Assembly: GCA_050998695.1 (NCBI GenBank)
Contig: JBPCPX010000006.1
Span: 1 to 49,569 of the forward strand
Reading direction: 5' to 3'
Length of the DNA stretch: 49,569 nt
Source: Actinomycetota bacterium
GTDB lineage: Bacteria; Actinomycetota; UBA4738; HRBIN12
The notes under the pieces were generated by a model that had not been told where the DNA came from, searched no databases, and worked only from the letters and a program-made list of their open reading frames with translations. Both the position numbers and the translations under genes were made by a program. Below, one piece after another: positions 45,717-49,569 of the stretch. The first letter of the stretch is position 1. Every line of letters begins with the position of its first letter.

Positions 45717-46310
45717 TCAGGCCTCGGCCCGCTCCTCCGCCTCGTCGGCGGATGCGTCCGGCACGGCTTCCTCGGCTCCCTCGACATCGGCAGGCTCCGC
45801 GGTCGGCTCTTCCGTCTCGCCCTCGGCACTGTCCCCGTCGGCGTCCGGCTCGAGTTCGGCGGCGGTCTCAGCCTCTTCGATCGCTTCCATCGACCCCGCG
45901 TCGACGGGATCATCGATCGCCTCGTCCTCGGCAGCCATCGCCTCCATCGCAGCGAGCTTCGCCTCGTCGATCCGCCGCTCCTTGATTCGAGCCTTCTTCC
46001 CTCTGAGGTCCCGGAGGTAGTAGAGCTTCGCCCTGCGGACGTGACCGCGCTGGACGACTTCGAGCTTGGCGATCGACGGTGAATGCAAGGGGAACGTGCG
46101 CTCGACGCCCACACCGAACGAGATCTTGCGAACGGTGAACGTCTCGCGGAGTCCCCCGCCCGAGCGCCGGATCACGACGCCCTGGAACACCTGCACGCGC
46201 TCCCTGTTCCCCTCCACGACCCGGGCGTGCACCTTGACGGTGTCACCTGGCCGGAATCCAGGAAGACCCTTGCGCAGGTAGGACTTCTCGACGAGGTCGG
46301 TGGTGTTCAT
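45717..46310 (-). CDS. rplS: 50S ribosomal protein L19 with an ~80-aa acidic C-terminal extension
   Basis: 197 aa from the ATG at 46310 ([47 protein letters not shown]...). The remainder of ORF 45717..47411 is antisense to the DUF4153-like gene. Confidence 0.93.
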   Translation of the reverse strand: MNTTDLVEKSYLRKGLPGFRPGDTVKVHARVVEGNRERVQVFQGVVIRRSGGGLRETFTVRKISFGVGVERTFPLHSPSIAKLEVVQRGHVRRAKLYYLRDLRGKKARIKERRIDEAKLAAMEAMAAEDEAIDDPVDAGSMEAIEEAETAAELEPDADGDSAEGETEEPTAEPADVEGAEEAVPDASADEAEERAEA

Positions 46311-46470
46311 GGCGGCGAGCAAGGATACCAGCGGGCTCTCCGCGCCCGGCCCGAGGGATGTGTGCCGAGACCGTGATGTCCGTTGCGAGGAAGTGACGAC
46401 CGTGTCGCGGTGAGGTGATGCTCGCAGGCGACCGGTTGAGCGAGATGTGTCACGGGCGAAGGATGACTCG

Positions 46471-47946
46471 ATGACCCAGGAGATGGACCCAGGGATAGGC
46501 CCAGAGGAGGCACGGGTCCGCACCGCGACCGTCCTCGGCTGGGCGATCGTCTTCGGGCTCATGGTCGACCTCTGGATCGAGGGTCCTCCCGGGCTCGGCA
46601 TCCTCCTCGCGGCCACGCTGGCGGCACTCGGATTGATCTTCACCGCCAGGCCGCGAGCGCGATCGCTCGCGTTCCTGGCCGCCGGCCTCCTTCTCATGTC
46701 GTTCGTCGTGATCCGCGACAGCCCCGTGCTCGTGGGTCTCGATCTCCTGACCGCCGTCGGGTTATTCGCCCTCGCGGGCGCTTTCGCCCGCGAGGGCGAC
46801 CCCCTTCGCGCGGGTTTGTGTGCGTACGCGGCCCGCGCCGTGGCATGGACGGCGTCGATCCCGGCGGCCGCGTCGGTCATGCTCCGGCCCTTCGCCGGCC
46901 TGCTCCGCGGTCGGCGTCGCACCCGCGTCTTCGCGCGTGCCCTCCTGATCGCGCTCCCCGCCGGACTCGCCTTCGCCCTGCTGCTCGGCTCGGCCGACGC
47001 GGTCTTCGCCGAGCTCCTCGGAGCGCCGTTCGAGCAGGTGCGGCTCGGCGAGCTGCCCCGGCACGCCATCGTCGTCGCGGCAGCCGGCGGTGCGTTCGTG
47101 ACCCTCGCCGTACGTTCGACGGTTCCGACCCGGCTCGCGTGGGCCGCGAAGCCGATCGAGGGAGGCGGACTCAGACCGAGCGAATGGGTCTCGCTCCTGG
47201 TCACCGTCGACGTGATCTTCGCGCTGTTCGTCGGCGTGCAGCTCGTCGCGTTCTTCGGAGGAAGATCCCACGTCCTGGCAGAGACGGGTCTCACGTTCGC
47301 CGAGTACGCCCGCTCCGGCTTCTGGCAGATGCTCGTCGCCGCGACGCTGACCGGTCTCGTGATCGCCGCGGCCTGGATCGGCGGACGTCCCACGGTCGGT
47401 CCTCGGCGCACCTGGTTCCTCGTCCTCGCTTCGCTGTTGGTGTGCCTCTCGCTGATGGTCCTGGCCAGTGCGTTCCAGCGCCTCGTGCTCTACGAGACAG
47501 GGTTCGGGTACACGTGGCCACGACTGATCCCGCATGCGGCGATCCTGCTCACCGCGGCGTTGCTCGCGTGCGGCCTCGTCGCCGTGCTTGTGGGCCGAAC
47601 CGCCTGGCTCCCGACGGCCGCGCTCGGCCTCGGGATCCTGACGCTCGTGGGTCTGAACCTCCTCGACCCCGAGGCCTTCATCGCGGAACGCAACATCGCC
47701 CGCGTCGAGCATGGGTACGAGCTGGATACGGGGGAACTGGCGTCGCTCTCCGCGGACGCCGTGCCGGCGATCACGGAGACGTTCCCCGACCTGGATCCGT
47801 CCCTCCGTCCGCAGATCGAGCGCGATCTCTCGTGCCTGCGTGCGGAGCTCCGCCGGGGCGTCGAGCGGTTCGGATGGGCCTCGTTCAACGTCGCGCGGGA
47901 TATGGCCCTGGAGCGGCTGAACCCGCTGGTCCTCCCGCGCTGCTAG
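46471..47946 (+). CDS. Large polytopic membrane protein, DUF4153/DUF4173-like (family name tentative)
   Basis: 491 aa from the ATG at 46471 (AAGGA 8 nt upstream); a GTG at 46447 is the alternative. About 10 or more hydrophobic segments and a soluble C-terminal ~90 aa. Confidence 0.7.
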   Translation: MTQEMDPGIGPEEARVRTATVLGWAIVFGLMVDLWIEGPPGLGILLAATLAALGLIFTARPRARSLAFLAAGLLLMSFVVIRDSPVLVGLDLLTAVGLFALAGAFAREGDPLRAGLCAYAARAVAWTASIPAAASVMLRPFAGLLRGRRRTRVFARALLIALPAGLAFALLLGSADAVFAELLGAPFEQVRLGELPRHAIVVAAAGGAFVTLAVRSTVPTRLAWAAKPIEGGGLRPSEWVSLLVTVDVIFALFVGVQLVAFFGGRSHVLAETGLTFAEYARSGFWQMLVAATLTGLVIAAAWIGGRPTVGPRRTWFLVLASLLVCLSLMVLASAFQRLVLYETGFGYTWPRLIPHAAILLTAALLACGLVAVLVGRTAWLPTAALGLGILTLVGLNLLDPEAFIAERNIARVEHGYELDTGELASLSADAVPAITETFPDLDPSLRPQIERDLSCLRAELRRGVERFGWASFNVARDMALERLNPLVLPRC

Positions 47947-48614
47947 CGCCCGAGATCGGGCCGGTTCCGGCGCGTCTTCTCGCGGGCAGCGTCCCGACGC
48001 CACCGCTCGATCGCCCCGTGATCGCCCGAGAGCAGGACCTCCGGTACGGCCCTCCCGCGGAACTCCGCCGGCCGGGTGTAGTGCGGATGATCCAGCAGTT
48101 CGGGCTCGGCGAAGGAGTCTCGCTCGTGCGACTCATCCTTCCCGATCACGCCGGGAACGAGCCGAGTGACCGCTTCGATCACGACCAGCGCCGGTACCTC
48201 ACCACCCGCGAGCACGTAGTCCCCGATCGAGGCCTCTTCGGCCGGCAGGCCTTCGACCACCCGCTCATCGACCCCCTCGTAGCGGCCGCAGAGCACGGTC
48301 AGATGCGCTTCGCGGGCGAGCTCGCGCACGTATCCCTGGTCGAGCCGCCGGCCGGCAGGGGACAACAGCAGCACGCGGCCCCGATCGGGATCGAGAGACT
48401 CGACCGCGGCGAAGAACGGCTCGGGCTTCATCACCATCCCGGGCCCGCCACCGAAGGCCGCGTCGTCGACCGTGCGATGACGGTCGCCGGACCACTCGCG
48501 AAGGTCGTGCACACGGACGTCCAGGAGCCCTCGTCCGACCGCCCTCCCCAGGAGACTCTCGCGCAGGGGTGACTCGAAGATCGCGGGGAAGATCGTGAAC
48601 ACGTCGATCCGCAC
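47943..48614 (-). CDS. trmD: tRNA (guanine37-N1)-methyltransferase
   Basis: 223 aa: MRIDVFTIFPAIFESPL...GGGPGMVMKPEP...CGRYEGVDERV. Confidence 0.96.
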   Translation of the reverse strand: MRIDVFTIFPAIFESPLRESLLGRAVGRGLLDVRVHDLREWSGDRHRTVDDAAFGGGPGMVMKPEPFFAAVESLDPDRGRVLLLSPAGRRLDQGYVRELAREAHLTVLCGRYEGVDERVVEGLPAEEASIGDYVLAGGEVPALVVIEAVTRLVPGVIGKDESHERDSFAEPELLDHPHYTRPAEFRGRAVPEVLLSGDHGAIERWRRDAAREKTRRNRPDLGR

Positions 48615-48697
48615 GGAGCGAGGCTAGCAACGTTGCGTCTCCCGGCGTGTCGAGTCACGATGCCGCCGGACGGCCGCCGGGCCGGAGAGGGGAGCCG

Positions 48698-49569
48698 ATG
48701 ACGCCGATCGTCTTGGTGGTGCTCCTATTCGTGGTTGTCGTGATCGCCGTCGACTCGGTGCGTCAGAGGAGGATCCGTGCCGCGCGGGCGATCGATCTCC
48801 GAGGGCTGGTGGCCGCGCGCCTCGTGGAGCCCGGTCCGGCGGTGTTCACGGGAGCGCTCGCCTCGGCGCTGACGCGCGAGCCGCCAGTTCGCGCCGATCT
48901 CTACGTCAACCTCACCGAGGCCCTGGAGGTCGCCAACCTGCGACCACGTCTCCAGGAAGGGGCCGAGGTGAAGATCTTCCTGCTCCGCTGGGGGAACGAC
49001 TTCGCGATGCTCGCTCGCGACGACCGTGAGCTCCACTATCGCCTCGAGGTTTGGGAGGCGGAACTCCTCCCGAAGATGGACGGGACGAGGACCGTCGGTG
49101 ACCTCGTGGTGGAGAGGATGGAGGCTGGTGGTGGGCTCGACGCCGAGCCTGTGACCGATCTCGTCGTGGCCTTGTACGGGGGCGGCTTCCTCGACCCCGC
49201 TCCCATCGCGACCAACGAGCTGATCGCCGACCGGCTCGATCCCTCGTCCCCCGGCCGGAAAAAGCTCAAGCGATTCGGCAAGACACTCTCGATCGAATGG
49301 AAGGGCGCGGACCGTCTCGTCCGCTTCTGCTATCGGAACCTCCTGCGGCCGTTCTTCTGGTGGCCCGTCGCCCTGGTGTCCGGCCTCGTCGCCCTCGCCG
49401 GGCTGGCAGCGTTCATCGACGTCGCTTCCTCCGGACGGTTCTCGCTCGGGGAAGGCTCCGCCCCGACCGAGGCGGCGATCCTGCTCGCCCTCGCGTTCTT
49501 CCTGACATTCATGCACGAGCTCGGGCACTCGGTCGTCATCTCGCATTACGGCCGGAAGGTGAAGAGCGC
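48698..49569 (+). CDS. Partial (5' part only): membrane protein fusing a PqqD-like (RRE-like) domain to an M50-type zinc metalloprotease domain
   Basis: This ORF is absent from the supplied track because it runs off the window. ATG at 48698, preceded by GGAGAGGGGAG. It has an N-terminal TM segment (IVLVVLLFVVVVIAV). A PqqD-like segment follows (HYRLEVWEAELLPKMDGTRTVGDLV...VTDLVVALYGGGFL), then a TM region carrying HELGH at 49514-49528. High GC3 in this frame. Confidence 0.75.
   Translation, partial: MTPIVLVVLLFVVVVIAVDSVRQRRIRAARAIDLRGLVAARLVEPGPAVFTGALASALTREPPVRADLYVNLTEALEVANLRPRLQEGAEVKIFLLRWGNDFAMLARDDRELHYRLEVWEAELLPKMDGTRTVGDLVVERMEAGGGLDAEPVTDLVVALYGGGFLDPAPIATNELIADRLDPSSPGRKKLKRFGKTLSIEWKGADRLVRFCYRNLLRPFFWWPVALVSGLVALAGLAAFIDVASSGRFSLGEGSAPTEAAILLALAFFLTFMHELGHSVVISHYGRKVKS

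Noticed and set aside
46311-47411. Upstream 367 codons of ORF 45717..47411 (minus strand)
   Set aside because: It is antisense to the DUF4153-like membrane gene and has Arg/Ser/Pro/Ala-rich composition. The L19 homology starts only at the ATG at 46310.
48660-48701. 13-codon upstream ORF (MPPDGRRAGEGSR) whose stop overlaps the ATG of the PqqD-like/M50 gene
   Set aside because: It has no SD and a composition dictated by the GC-rich SD region of the downstream gene. It is too short and featureless to support as a precursor peptide or regulatory uORF without conservation data.
48725-49546. 273-aa minus-strand ORF listed in the track at the right edge
   Set aside because: The opposite (plus) frame has better coding character: high GC3, TM segments, HELGH, a PqqD-like motif, and an SD plus ATG at 48698. 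The minus-strand translation is Glu/Arg/Gly/Pro-rich with no features.

Overview
This is a GC-rich, very gene-dense chromosomal segment with no intergenic gap above about 250 bp. I found no rRNA, tRNA, CRISPR array, IS element or transposase.

The backbone is the conserved actinobacterial housekeeping synteny block, almost entirely on the minus strand:
- dapB-pepR-pnp-rpsO
- ribF-truB-nrnA-rbfA-DUF503-infB-ylxR-nusA-rimP-proS
- ispG ... rseP-dxr-cdsA-frr-pyrH-tsf-rpsB
- M23 peptidase-whiG-xerC-dprA-yifB-yraN-DUF2469-rnhB-lepB-rplS-trmD

Many neighbours share ATGA, GTGA or 1-nt start/stop overlaps, which suggests long translationally coupled operons. By gene order the source is most likely an Actinomycetota member with a compact genome; this is inference only.

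Non-syntenic accessory genes are wedged into the block, and all five plus-strand units are of this kind:
- DUF998 membrane protein plus a SAM methyltransferase
- a 529-aa secreted protein, trpE-trpG and a 307-aa secreted-type protein
- an OmpR-type two-component system plus YjbQ, fused into the ispG operon
- a polytopic membrane protein plus a PQQ-like beta-propeller
- a group II PLP decarboxylase and a LysE exporter
- a DUF4153-like membrane protein
- at the right edge, a truncated gene fusing a PqqD-like (RiPP-recognition-like) domain to an M50 metalloprotease

I do not see a complete, self-contained novel multi-gene system in the window. The items most worth follow-up are:
- the PqqD-like/M50 fusion running off the right edge
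- a candidate Trp-codon leader peptide plus terminator hairpin in front of trpE
- two secreted-protein genes disrupted by 1-nt indels in short G/C runs
- long acidic low-complexity extensions on CdsA, L19, NusA and S2, and an Arg/Glu repeat tail on PNPase
- the two-component system and YjbQ, tightly coupled to ispG

All calls rest on reading the supplied translations and the sequence by eye. No searches or folding computations were run.
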